Source: a virus (lineage: Duplodnaviria; Caudoviricetes). From it: DNA of 59,537 nt. The position numbers and the translations under genes were made by a program. Positions 33,057 through 42,494 of this stretch are shown one piece after another. Position 1 is the first letter of the stretch, and every line of letters starts with the position of its first letter. The notes beneath the pieces were generated by a model. It saw nothing but the letters and a program-made list of their open reading frames with translations. It was not told where the DNA came from and ran no database searches. The stretch lies in IMG/VR virus record IMGVR_UViG_3300042154_002141, positions 1 through 59,537 of that record, one strand, 5' to 3'.

Positions 33057-33662
33057 GTGCTTTACTTCTCTTATGGCACTTTTACGAGAGGACACACCAT
33101 TCACACAATCCAAATAATTCTGGTCGAGGCAGACAGCCCAGAGGAGGCGTTTCGAGAAATCGAGATGACCTTAGAAAACGACCACACCCCCGCTTGGTCT
33201 GATTGGCACAATGCCAGCGACTACGCAAGTATGAACTTCGCTGGGCGTTGGTCTGGTCAGGTTTTCATCACACCAGAGCAAGAGGCTCTTATTGAGGCTG
33301 GCACTCTGGACAAGGACACCATTCCTAACTACCTCTGCTACGCAGACAATCCCGAACTTGCTGACTATGTAATGGACAGGTTTCTCGGCTATCGCAAACA
33401 GGCTATGCGTGAGTGCGTTCCAGCAGTAGGTATTCCAGACCTATCAACTTTGGTTGATGAATACAACCCAGCAGGTGTTCCATTCCTTGCTCACGATTTC
33501 TGGAAACTAGGAAAACTAATCGAACTGCTCGGTGATGATTGGAACTATGAGAGTGCTATCTATGACTTATCTTCTTGGACAGCCTCACTTCGCGACTACC
33601 ACGAACGCTGTGCGAAGAACCCACAAAAGCAATACCTAATCCCTGTTGATTTCCACCACTAA
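33057..33662 (+). CDS. Hypothetical phage protein
   Basis: WSDW..AGRWSG..VDFH; start uncertain. Confidence 0.6.
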   Translation: MLYFSYGTFTRGHTIHTIQIILVEADSPEEAFREIEMTLENDHTPAWSDWHNASDYASMNFAGRWSGQVFITPEQEALIEAGTLDKDTIPNYLCYADNPELADYVMDRFLGYRKQAMRECVPAVGIPDLSTLVDEYNPAGVPFLAHDFWKLGKLIELLGDDWNYESAIYDLSSWTASLRDYHERCAKNPQKQYLIPVDFHH

Positions 33663-33742
33663 AAAAATAAATCAAAATAAACTTGACACGAACTTTCAAC
33701 GAGAGTAATGTCAGTAATGTCAGACAAACGAAAGGACAAACA

Positions 33743-34231
33743 ATGTCAGACCACGCAAACCTAATCGGCAAGGCACTCTACCTTGAATTCCGCAAAGGTG
33801 TAAACACAGCACAAATCGTTATCACGCCAGAGGGCTTTGACAGCGAGGGGAACTATGTTCCTGTATCAACTTGGCGTAGGCAGATTTCTACTTGGTCGCC
33901 TAAAAAGCCTTGGAAATGCTACACAGCACCAAACGAGGCTACGCTCTCGGAACGCAAGGAACAGAATGTCGGCAAGGTAGTTCCACTACCAGAGGGTATT
34001 GACCCAGAGCCAATGGCACAGGAAATGATTGTCGAATTGACAAAGACCCTGAACAACCTCCACAATAACAAGTGGGAACTTTACAAAGCCCCAATCGTTC
34101 TGGAATTCTCTATGGAGGACTTGCTGAACACTAAGGAATGGGAAACTCCCTCGGCTCTGGTTCGTAGAATAATGCGAGCAAGAAAAGAACTAGGTTTCCC
34201 AGATGAACTACTAAACGAAAACGCAGAGTAG
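33743..34231 (+). CDS. Hypothetical protein
   Basis: GAAAGGA RBS, TTGACA at 33683. Confidence 0.65.
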   Translation: MSDHANLIGKALYLEFRKGVNTAQIVITPEGFDSEGNYVPVSTWRRQISTWSPKKPWKCYTAPNEATLSERKEQNVGKVVPLPEGIDPEPMAQEMIVELTKTLNNLHNNKWELYKAPIVLEFSMEDLLNTKEWETPSALVRRIMRARKELGFPDELLNENAE

Positions 34232-34243
34232 AGAGGACAAACA

Positions 34244-35284
34244 ATGACTACTGCGAATTACACAGAAATCGAGTTCGAGGAACTCAACACCAAAGACAGA
34301 ATTTCGACCTCTGATAGAATGTTTGAGGGTCTAGGCGACCTGATTGTATCTATCGCTGGTCAGGGTCTTAGCGAAAAGTTCGCTACCAACCCAGCCCTTG
34401 ACACCTACTTTCCCAACGCTGGCAAACTGACCAAGCGTGGGGCAGGAACGAAAGAGGAAACTGCTGTGGAAACAGAGGCACTCGTTGGCGAGGGAACTTA
34501 CATTCGCCCGAATGGAGTGGCGTATCACGCTCGCAAGTGGGGGTCTACTGACAACGCTGATGTTGAGGTGTTGCGAATGGCTCGCTCGAAGAAACTTTAC
34601 ACCTTGCTTTATGGTAGTCCGGGCTGTGGCAAAACTGCTCTGGTCGAGGCGGCTTTTGGTGAGGACTTGTTCACTATCCTCGGCTCTGGCGACACAGAAT
34701 TAGCAGACTTCATTGGTGGCTATGTTCAGACACCAAGTGGCGGTTTCGAGTGGGTAGACGGAGATTTGGTAAAAGCGGCTGAACAGGGTCGCCCACTACT
34801 GATTGACGAGATTGGTCTGATTGACACTAAGGTTCTCTCGGCTCTCTATGGCTTGATAGATGGTCGTGGCGAAATCACAATCACGCAAAACCCAGAGCGA
34901 GGGCTGGTCAAAGCCCAAGAGGGTTTCTTCGTGATTGGTGCTACCAATCCAAACGCACCTGGCGTTCGCTTGTCCGAGGCTCTGCTATCTCGTTTCATCA
35001 TTCAGGCTGAAATGACGACAGACTATGGACTAGCCAAAAAACTTGGTATCCCTGCTATGGCTATCACAGCCTCGCTCAACCTCGCAAAAAAGCAACAAGA
35101 GGGTCAAATCTCTTGGTCGCCTCAAATGCGAGAGTTGGAGGGTTTCCGAGATAACGCAAACACCTTTGGCACTAAGTTCGCAATCGAGAACTTGCTCGCC
35201 TCCTCACCTGAAAATGACAGGGCAGTAGTCGCTGAAACATTTACCAGAGTGTTTGGCGAGGAGTGCCGACCAGCCAAAATCTAG
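34244..35284 (+). CDS. MoxR/CbbQ-type AAA+ ATPase
   Basis: GSPGCGKT Walker A, LLIDEI Walker B, GATNP, SEALLSRF. Confidence 0.9.
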   Translation: MTTANYTEIEFEELNTKDRISTSDRMFEGLGDLIVSIAGQGLSEKFATNPALDTYFPNAGKLTKRGAGTKEETAVETEALVGEGTYIRPNGVAYHARKWGSTDNADVEVLRMARSKKLYTLLYGSPGCGKTALVEAAFGEDLFTILGSGDTELADFIGGYVQTPSGGFEWVDGDLVKAAEQGRPLLIDEIGLIDTKVLSALYGLIDGRGEITITQNPERGLVKAQEGFFVIGATNPNAPGVRLSEALLSRFIIQAEMTTDYGLAKKLGIPAMAITASLNLAKKQQEGQISWSPQMRELEGFRDNANTFGTKFAIENLLASSPENDRAVVAETFTRVFGEECRPAKI

Positions 35285-35414
35285 TTATTTGTCCAACTAG
35301 ATTTTGTTGAGAGGGAGGGTAGTTCCCCCACTACCCTCCCTCGTTTTTTATCAGACTTGACAAACAAATCAAATCTGGTAACTTGGACTTAGACGACAAA
35401 CGAGAGGAAAACAA

Positions 35415-37226
35415 ATGTCGCACTTCGGAACTAGCAAAACAGCAGTAAAGAACACTCCTAGCGAGTGGCTCAAAGTTGGCTCACAGGTTGGGCAACTTGT
35501 AAACAAGTGGGCTGAACGAAACGACCTAGTGGTTTATGTTGGTGAGGTTATGTCTGCCCCAGCCCCAGCCCTATTCGACCCACGCACAGCAGAAATCGAA
35601 GTCAATACCAAAGTGGCTTTCGGGGTTACTGAACCAGAAATCATTGGCGACCTGAACGATAGGGAAATGATGTTCGAGTTCCCAAGAGCCACAGGTGCTA
35701 TCCTCCACGAAGCCTTACACGCTCGGTTCACTCAATGGGATTTGATGAAGTCCAACGAAGATTTGACCAGAGGGCAGAATGAGGCACTCCACTTGTTAGA
35801 GGAGGGTCGCATTGAGGCTATGGGCGTTTTGACTTTCCCGAAGAACAGAGTGTTCCTCCGAGCCTGTGCTATGGAAATCGTTATCGCTGACCTCAACCCA
35901 GACGACCTCGGACTACACAGCACCACGCGAGCCTGTGCCAAAATCGCAGGGCTGGTCGGGGCAAGAATTGATGCTGGCGTTTTGGAACTTTCTGATGTAG
36001 CAGATGTGATTGACCTAGTGAAGTTCAACCTCGGTGAAGAACTTTATGGGCAACTACGCACTATCTGGCGTAAGGCTCAAAACTACACAATCCACAACAA
36101 CGCTGAACCTCTTTACCAACTTGCTATCGAGTGGGATAAGTTGGTCGAGGACAAAGCCAAAGAGAATGGCGAGGGCGAGGGCGAGGGCGAGGGTGGCGAG
36201 GGTGGCTGTGGTTTCCCAATGCCCCAAGAGATGATTGACAAAATCAAAGAGGCTCTCGAAAATGGTGCGGAGGAAACAGGTTTCCAAGTTGTCGTTGAGA
36301 TTGGCGACCAGCAACAAGACGAACGCTGGGAGAACGAAGTCAAGGAAAAGTCCAACGACAGCAAACGCCGAGATGAAAACAAGAAAGAGGCTAACAAGAC
36401 CTTTGCCAAGAACTCTGGTGCTGGTGAAACCTCCTCCTCCTCAAAACTTTCCGAAGTTCGCAAGCCAACCTCGGTTGAGCGAGTAGCCTCGGTCAAGGTC
36501 GCCCAGATGTTAGAAAAGGCAAAGTATCGCGAGCGTGATGTAACTATCGTTCGCTCGGTCTTGCCACAGGGTCGCTTGAAGTCGAGGGCATTGGTTCAGG
36601 CACAGGCTCTCAAATCAAAAGGTATCCACACGCAGGTCGAGGCGTGGGAACACAAAACTCGCAAGCACACAGACGAGCCAACCTTGTCCATTGGAGTAAT
36701 GGTAGACATTTCAGGCTCAATGGGTGGGGCTATGACACCAATGGCGATTACAGCGTGGGTGCTGGCAAACGCTGGTCGGCGTATCCAAGCCTCAACTGCT
36801 ATGGTCTACTTCGGCTCTGGCGTATTCCCAACGCTTAGAAAAGGTGAGCCACTTGATGAAGTCAGGGTCTACACAGCCCCAGACGGAACAGAGAAGTTCG
36901 ACCAAGCGTTCCGAGCCATTGACGGACACCTCAACTTGCTAGACGGAAAAGGTGCGAGGTTGCTGGTAATCGTTTCTGACGGACACTACGCAGGGTCAGA
37001 GCCAAGCCACGCTAAGAAGTGGATTGCCGAGTGCGACAGACTTGGCGTGGCGGTTCTCTGGCTGACTTTCGACAACAGCACCTCACAGGTCGAAAACTAC
37101 TTCGGGGCTGGCAGTTCGGCTCACGCTGTTTCGCTATCTGGCAAGTCGGTTGAGCAATCGGCAATCCTGATTGGTGAGGCTGGGGCAAAGGCTCTCGAAA
37201 GCATTGGTAAGCGAAACGCTTACTGA
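35415..37226 (+). CDS. vWA-domain protein with N-terminal HExxH domain (MoxR partner)
   Basis: HEALH, LEEGRIE, GE-rich linker, MIDAS DISGS, VSDG. Confidence 0.85.
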   Translation: MSHFGTSKTAVKNTPSEWLKVGSQVGQLVNKWAERNDLVVYVGEVMSAPAPALFDPRTAEIEVNTKVAFGVTEPEIIGDLNDREMMFEFPRATGAILHEALHARFTQWDLMKSNEDLTRGQNEALHLLEEGRIEAMGVLTFPKNRVFLRACAMEIVIADLNPDDLGLHSTTRACAKIAGLVGARIDAGVLELSDVADVIDLVKFNLGEELYGQLRTIWRKAQNYTIHNNAEPLYQLAIEWDKLVEDKAKENGEGEGEGEGGEGGCGFPMPQEMIDKIKEALENGAEETGFQVVVEIGDQQQDERWENEVKEKSNDSKRRDENKKEANKTFAKNSGAGETSSSSKLSEVRKPTSVERVASVKVAQMLEKAKYRERDVTIVRSVLPQGRLKSRALVQAQALKSKGIHTQVEAWEHKTRKHTDEPTLSIGVMVDISGSMGGAMTPMAITAWVLANAGRRIQASTAMVYFGSGVFPTLRKGEPLDEVRVYTAPDGTEKFDQAFRAIDGHLNLLDGKGARLLVIVSDGHYAGSEPSHAKKWIAECDRLGVAVLWLTFDNSTSQVENYFGAGSSAHAVSLSGKSVEQSAILIGEAGAKALESIGKRNAY

Positions 37227-37336
37227 CCAAACTTGGGGGAGGGCAAATTCCTCTCTGCCCTCCTCCAAAATCCAACTTGACACGAAGTTTCGTTGGAACT
37301 AACATTGAGGTATAGCCAAACGAAAGGACAAACGAA

Positions 37337-38077
37337 ATGGCAAACTATGTAAGCAATTGGTTTGGTGTCAGCGGTAGCACCGAGGACATTCAGGCTTTTA
37401 TGGCTAAGGCTGGAAAGCCTTACTCCCAGAAATGGTCGAACAGCGACAAAGAAGAAGTTATGGATTGCGGATTTGCTTTCTGGAACTTCGTGCGACCACC
37501 AGAGGAGGACTTGGACTACTACTATGGTCGCAAGCAAGAGGAAAAGCCAAAGGGCTATGAGAAGTGGTCAGACGAAAAGCAGTTGGCTTGGCGAATGTCT
37601 TTCTCTGGCAAGAACGCCTCCGATTGGAACTATCGCAATTGGGGCATTAGCCACGACATTTGGGAACTGACCAACCCAGCCGAGATTGAGATTTCTGATG
37701 ACGGAAAAACTGCCAGCGTGAACTACTCGTTCGAGAGCAAGTGGTCTATCCCAGAGCAGGGATTTAGGGCTATTACTGAACAGCACCCAGAGTTGTCATT
37801 CGACTTCGAGGGCGAAGAAGAACAGGGCTGGGGGGCTACCTACTCTGGTGTCGAGGGTGAGTTCACTATTACGGAAACTTGGGACATACCAGACAGCCAC
37901 GAAGATAACGCCAAGCGTGATAGAACTTGCCAATGCGAGTGGTCAGAAGATGAACCTCACGATTGGTATGACGATTGCCCAGACAAGGCACTCGAAATCA
38001 AGCGACACCACCTCGAATACGGCTATGACGGCTGTGAGTGCGAGGGTGCTGTCGAAGAACCAGATGTGGTCTACTAA
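37337..38077 (+). CDS. DUF1281/YubB ferredoxin-like protein ending VEEPDVVY
   Basis: MANYVSN, DWNYRNWG, FESKWSIP, HPELSF. Confidence 0.7.
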   Translation: MANYVSNWFGVSGSTEDIQAFMAKAGKPYSQKWSNSDKEEVMDCGFAFWNFVRPPEEDLDYYYGRKQEEKPKGYEKWSDEKQLAWRMSFSGKNASDWNYRNWGISHDIWELTNPAEIEISDDGKTASVNYSFESKWSIPEQGFRAITEQHPELSFDFEGEEEQGWGATYSGVEGEFTITETWDIPDSHEDNAKRDRTCQCEWSEDEPHDWYDDCPDKALEIKRHHLEYGYDGCECEGAVEEPDVVY

Positions 38078-38394
38078 TGAGTTACACAGCAAAAGACCTG
38101 ATTGACAGGCTATCAAAAATGCCACCAGACACTCTGCTCTGGTGGGCTTACGCTGGCAAAGATGATGTTAGCGAATACTTCGTTGAGGGCTGTGAAATCT
38201 CTGATGATGATTTCACGAAGTTCATAAATGAATTTAGTGGCGATTGGGAGTATGTAGTCGAAACGCTGGCGGATTGCGTGGACGGAGAGTTCCTATGCGA
38301 CAAGTGTGGGCTGTATGACTACAAAGCCCAAGACCTAGACAAACGAGGGTTTATTTGCTCGAAGTGCGGAGAAGAAAAAGAAATCGTTTACTAA
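38077..38394 (+). CDS. Zinc-finger paralog 1 ending GEEKEIVY
   Basis: CDKC..CSKC; TAATG coupling. Confidence 0.65.
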   Translation: MSYTAKDLIDRLSKMPPDTLLWWAYAGKDDVSEYFVEGCEISDDDFTKFINEFSGDWEYVVETLADCVDGEFLCDKCGLYDYKAQDLDKRGFICSKCGEEKEIVY

Positions 38395-38431
38395 ACTTGA
38401 CACGAAGTTCGTTAGAACTTAGGATTTAGGT

Positions 38432-38857
38432 ATGGACAGAAAAATCTACGAAGAACCAGACTTGGTTACGCCCCCAATAATGTATTCGGGCTATCGCAAC
38501 TATGACATAAACATCTGGTCGCTCGAAAGCGGAGTGCTGAACATCACAGCGTATCAACTATCGGTTGATAAAGACGACCCAGAGGAAGTCCTCGGCACAG
38601 ATTACAGCGCAGAGTATTTCACAGAGAACTTTTACCCCGATAAAGAGGCAGACTACAAAATGATTGACTACCTGCTCTGCTACAAACTCGGTATGCCAGA
38701 TTGGTTAGCAATAGGCGACCTAGACGAGTGGACTACCTACTTGGGCAACACCTCCGACTATGTGAACGACCTAGTGAACAAAAGCGGTGGGATTGCCCCA
38801 AGAAAGTTAGTCGAATGGCTTGACAGCCTCCCTGCTTATGAACCAAACTTGATTTAG
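38432..38857 (+). CDS. Hypothetical protein ending YEPNLI
   Basis: ORF track; TTGACA upstream. Confidence 0.6.
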   Translation: MDRKIYEEPDLVTPPIMYSGYRNYDINIWSLESGVLNITAYQLSVDKDDPEEVLGTDYSAEYFTENFYPDKEADYKMIDYLLCYKLGMPDWLAIGDLDEWTTYLGNTSDYVNDLVNKSGGIAPRKLVEWLDSLPAYEPNLI

Positions 38858-38867
38858 AGAGGACAAA

Positions 38868-39215
38868 ATGAAAGTTAGCAAAGTTTTAGAGGCACTCTCT
38901 GGGTTAGACCCAGAAGATGAAATCATCATCACTTGGTTTGACCGCCGAGATGTGGAGAGCAGTTTCTACGGAGGCGGGTTTGACGCTCGTTTCAAAATCA
39001 AAGACGAGCATTGGGCGACAATCGCTACTGCTGTCGAAAATCGAAGTAGGATTTACGAGGGCTATTACGAGGACTTCTCGGACAGCGTTTATGATGTAAT
39101 GTCGGGCTATAAGTGCGAACAATGCGACACTCTCGACTACGAACTCAAAAACGCTGGCGACACAGGCGAGAACATCTGTAAGGGCTGTGGCGAAGAAGAA
39201 GATGAGGTCTACTAA
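38868..39215 (+). CDS. Zinc-finger paralog 2 ending GEEEDEVY
   Basis: CEQC..CKGC. Confidence 0.65.
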   Translation: MKVSKVLEALSGLDPEDEIIITWFDRRDVESSFYGGGFDARFKIKDEHWATIATAVENRSRIYEGYYEDFSDSVYDVMSGYKCEQCDTLDYELKNAGDTGENICKGCGEEEDEVY

Positions 39216-39562
39216 TGGCTGTTTACACGAATAAGTGGCTCGCGGACTATTTCGCAAGGAAAGACCCTGACGAGCAGGTTTTCGCAATCATCTACGACAA
39301 AGACGAGGTTGCTGAACTCCACAACGGAGATGTGGAGGACTTCGAGATAAAAGACGAAGATTGGTTGAAAGTTATTGACGGAATGGACACCGACTATCTG
39401 GCCGACATTACGCAGGACACTTTCAGAAGTTCGCTACACGACACTCTCGTAAAGTTCAAATGTCAAGATTGCTTTGGTTATGACTACAATGCCAAAGAAA
39501 AAGACAAGGGAGAGAAAGTCTGCGTGTCTTGTTCAGGCGAAGAAAAAGAAATCGTTTACTAA
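39215..39562 (+). CDS. Zinc-finger paralog 3 ending GEEKEIVY
   Basis: CQDC..CVSC. Confidence 0.65.
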   Translation: MAVYTNKWLADYFARKDPDEQVFAIIYDKDEVAELHNGDVEDFEIKDEDWLKVIDGMDTDYLADITQDTFRSSLHDTLVKFKCQDCFGYDYNAKEKDKGEKVCVSCSGEEKEIVY

Positions 39563-39622
39563 ACTTGACAAGCACCACCAAAAGACTAGACTTGGATTAG
39601 ACCCAGAGAAAGGACAAACAAA

Positions 39623-39934
39623 ATGGGCGACAGAGCAAGTATCTACATCACTTCGGAACAATTCGAAAAACCAATCCACCTCTACGGGCATTGGTCAGGC
39701 GAAGATAACATCAAGGCAGTTGAGGAAGTGCTAACTCACACAGACCGAGTTGGCGACCCCTCTTACTTGACAGCACAGATTTTCCACAAGTTCGCTGAAC
39801 TCGGCAACTACACAGGCAACCTCGGTTTCGGGATTAGCGTTGCCAGCGACATTGACTACGCTGACGACAACCCACCTGTCATTGTCAATGCCGATACCGG
39901 TGCGATTGAGTATGAGCCGAGGGAGGTCGAGTAG
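39623..39934 (+). CDS. Hypothetical phage protein
   Basis: MGDRA..LYGHWSG..DPSYLTA; GAAAGGA RBS. Confidence 0.65.
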   Translation: MGDRASIYITSEQFEKPIHLYGHWSGEDNIKAVEEVLTHTDRVGDPSYLTAQIFHKFAELGNYTGNLGFGISVASDIDYADDNPPVIVNADTGAIEYEPREVE

Positions 39935-40356
39935 TGGCTCTCATTGAGAACCTTAGTGCCTATGGCACAGACCTCGACCAGCAAGACGCTATTTTTTACA
40001 CAAGCGGTGATGTAGAGGTTGTCTGGAAATCTGACGATTGCGACTTCTATGTTGTCGCCTGTGGCGATACTCGAATACTTCTCGTAGACGAGGAGGGCAA
40101 AGAACACGACATTAGGCAACCAGCCGACTTAGAGGAGGCAGGTATCAAAAGCGACACCGACCTCAAACGACTAGCCGACAAAGACCTAATAACTTGGTAT
40201 AACAATCCTTGGTTCGAGGTTTACTCGGACACCGACCTCGATTATTACTCCGAGCCAATCTTTGAACTAGACGAGGCAGTTGCTTTTGCGTATGCTCAAC
40301 AAGAGGAACGCAATAAGCCAGACCTCAACCCAGAAGAACCAAACCTTATTTACTAG
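39934..40356 (+). CDS. Hypothetical protein ending PEEPNLIY
   Basis: NNPWFE motif; TAGTG coupling. Confidence 0.65.
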   Translation: MALIENLSAYGTDLDQQDAIFYTSGDVEVVWKSDDCDFYVVACGDTRILLVDEEGKEHDIRQPADLEEAGIKSDTDLKRLADKDLITWYNNPWFEVYSDTDLDYYSEPIFELDEAVAFAYAQQEERNKPDLNPEEPNLIY

Positions 40357-40358
40357 GA

Positions 40359-40649
40359 GTGAAAATGAAATTCAACCACGCAATCGGAGAAATCATAAAA
40401 GAAATCCGCACCGAGGAGAAAATGCTAACGCTACGCCAACTTTCAACGAAGTCGTCTGTGGCTCTTGGTTACATCTCGGAAGTCGAGCGAGGGCAGAAAG
40501 AAGGTTCGTCAGAAATCTTGGAGTGCCTAGCAAAAGCGTTAGATTACGACCTATGCGACTTAGTTATTTTGGCGGGCTGGAGAATGAAAATGCGAGCGAC
40601 AGAATTCGACAAAAAGTTCCTTCTTGACTTGGAACTCCAAAACAAGTAG
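40359..40649 (+). CDS. XRE-family HTH regulator, ClgR-like
   Basis: IGEIIKEIR..TLRQLS..VALGYISEVERGQKEGSSEIL..AL. Confidence 0.8.
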   Translation: MKMKFNHAIGEIIKEIRTEEKMLTLRQLSTKSSVALGYISEVERGQKEGSSEILECLAKALDYDLCDLVILAGWRMKMRATEFDKKFLLDLELQNK

Positions 40650-40670
40650 ACTTTCAGTAGAAAGGTAAAA

Positions 40671-40940
40671 ATGACCAACTACGCAATCTACGACACCAAC
40701 ACCGATAACATCACGCTCATTGAGGTTCTACCAAGCCTCAAAAAAGCACTCGAACTTCTAAACGAGCAGACCTCCGCAGAACTACGAGTGTTCCGAGCAA
40801 TCACAGAAACACAAATCAAATCACTATGCTACTCCGAGGCTGTGGCTGTGGAAACCAAATTCCGTAGCGAACGCCAAGAAGTAGTCCAAATGATTTCAGA
40901 AACCAAACTAACCAAGCACCAACGCCGATACGGAAAGTAG
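40671..40940 (+). CDS. Hypothetical protein
   Basis: GAAAGG RBS, TTGACT-TAGACT upstream. Confidence 0.6.
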   Translation: MTNYAIYDTNTDNITLIEVLPSLKKALELLNEQTSAELRVFRAITETQIKSLCYSEAVAVETKFRSERQEVVQMISETKLTKHQRRYGK

Positions 40941-40946
40941 GACAAA

Positions 40947-41345
40947 ATGGCAAAAATCACAATCACAGGTCTAGTAGCGACCACACCACGACACATAGTA
41001 ACCGCAGAGGGATTACCAATAACTTCATTCCGAGTAGCGGAAACCGAGGGCTACACCAGCAACGCTGACGGAAAATACAAGGAACACACGAATTGGTATA
41101 CAATCACTTCGTTCCGTCAGTTGGCTATCAACACCGCAGGTTCTATCCACAAAGGCGAGCGTGTATCTCTAACAGGAAGTATCGTTATCCGAGATTGGGA
41201 TAACGGAGAGCGAGCAGGAACTTCTGTCGAGATTGAGGCAGACAGCATTTCACACGACCTAGCGTGGGGAAACTCCTCATTCACTCGTAATGTCTTGGTT
41301 CGTGAAAAGCCAAGTGCGTTAGAGCCAGAACCAGAAATCGTGTAA
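40947..41345 (+). CDS. ssb: Single-stranded DNA-binding protein (short, ends EPEPEIV)
   Basis: ITGLVATTPRH, SFRVA, TNWYTI..FRQLA.N..SI.KG, W...G..VEIEADSI.HDL.WG. Confidence 0.85.
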   Translation: MAKITITGLVATTPRHIVTAEGLPITSFRVAETEGYTSNADGKYKEHTNWYTITSFRQLAINTAGSIHKGERVSLTGSIVIRDWDNGERAGTSVEIEADSISHDLAWGNSSFTRNVLVREKPSALEPEPEIV

Positions 41346-41600
41346 CAACTTATCGGTAGGTTTTTTATTCTCATTTCCCCTACCGATAACCGCAGAGGGC
41401 TTTGTTTACTTTCACCTCTGCCGAACCCCCCTAGATTGGTTGCTAGGGGGGTTCACCCTTTCTGGCCGGAAATTGAATAATTCGTGCTCCGCACAGCCAG
41501 AATAACTAAAACCTTTTTCAAAAGAAAAAGAACGCCGACCTCGACCCACGCTTGACTTGTCAGCCCAAACCGCTAGACTTGTATTATGGAAAGGAACACA

Positions 41601-41846
41601 ATGACTAAACCAACCAAAAAATCAGTTATGTATCTAACCCACGCAGACTACGAATGGCGTGGTATGGAGGAGGGCTGGCGAACAGATGTAATCTACCAAG
41701 ATGAAATGGGTCGCCAAACCGACTACTTCTACTCACCAGACGGAGTAGGTTGCTTGTGGGTAGACACGCTAGAAGAACTACTAACGAACTCGTATGACTA
41801 TGACGAGAACACACCAATCATTATTCTAAGACCAAAGGAGGACTAA
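41601..41846 (+). CDS. Hypothetical protein
   Basis: AAGGA RBS after module 1. Confidence 0.6.
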   Translation: MTKPTKKSVMYLTHADYEWRGMEEGWRTDVIYQDEMGRQTDYFYSPDGVGCLWVDTLEELLTNSYDYDENTPIIILRPKED

Positions 41847-42094
41847 TGAGTAGCAACTACCCAGAGGGTTCTATGCGTGGGTCTGGTATCTACGCACAGG
41901 AAGTTTCGTATGACGAGTTCGATTGCGAGAACGAGGAGTGCGAAAAAACCAACGAGGCAAGTCAAGCAACAACTGACGATTGGGGCAACTACTCTGTGGA
42001 ATGTGAGTTCTGCGGAGTAACCAACCGAGAGAGTAGCCTCGACCAAGACCGAGATGATTACTTCGCGGACTATGACCCGAATGACGAAAGGTAA
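41846..42094 (+). CDS. Acidic zinc-finger protein
   Basis: GGAGG RBS, C....C and CEFC. Confidence 0.6.
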   Translation: MSSNYPEGSMRGSGIYAQEVSYDEFDCENEECEKTNEASQATTDDWGNYSVECEFCGVTNRESSLDQDRDDYFADYDPNDER

Positions 42095-42494
42095 CAAAGT
42101 GAAAGCCAAAATCACAATCGTAATGGAATACGACACCGAGGACTTGTCCTTTATGATGGGAGAAGAAGTCAATGACGGAAACTTCCTTGAAGTCATAAAT
42201 GACAGGATTATCGAGGACATACTTGACGCATACCGACAAGGTGGCGTTGATGCCCTAGCAACAAAAATCAAACTAACCGAAAGTGAAAAAATGTCAAACA
42301 TCAAATACCCAGATGTAAAAGTAAAACTCACAGGCACAGACGGAAACGCCTTTGCGATTATGGGTGCTGTTCAAAAGGCACTCCGTAAGGCTGGCGTTCC
42401 ACAGACGGAACTTGACGAATACTACAAGGAAAGCACAAGTGGCGACTACGACCACTTGCTACAAACCGCTAGTCGTTGGGTCAAAGTTTCCTAA
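42054..42494 (+). CDS. Hypothetical phage protein
   Basis: C-terminal GTDGNAFAIMG..SGDYDHLL domain; start uncertain. Confidence 0.6.
   Translation: MITSRTMTRMTKGNKVKAKITIVMEYDTEDLSFMMGEEVNDGNFLEVINDRIIEDILDAYRQGGVDALATKIKLTESEKMSNIKYPDVKVKLTGTDGNAFAIMGAVQKALRKAGVPQTELDEYYKESTSGDYDHLLQTASRWVKVS

Noticed and set aside
36165-36205. GGCGAG tandem repeat
   Set aside because: Encodes the ordinary Gly-Glu linker of the vWA protein
18386-41345. EEPDIVY as a proteasome HbYX, Pup or Hsp70/90 EEVD motif
   Set aside because: Tyr is terminal rather than penultimate, and there is no GGE/GGQ or EEVD ending; no named motif fits
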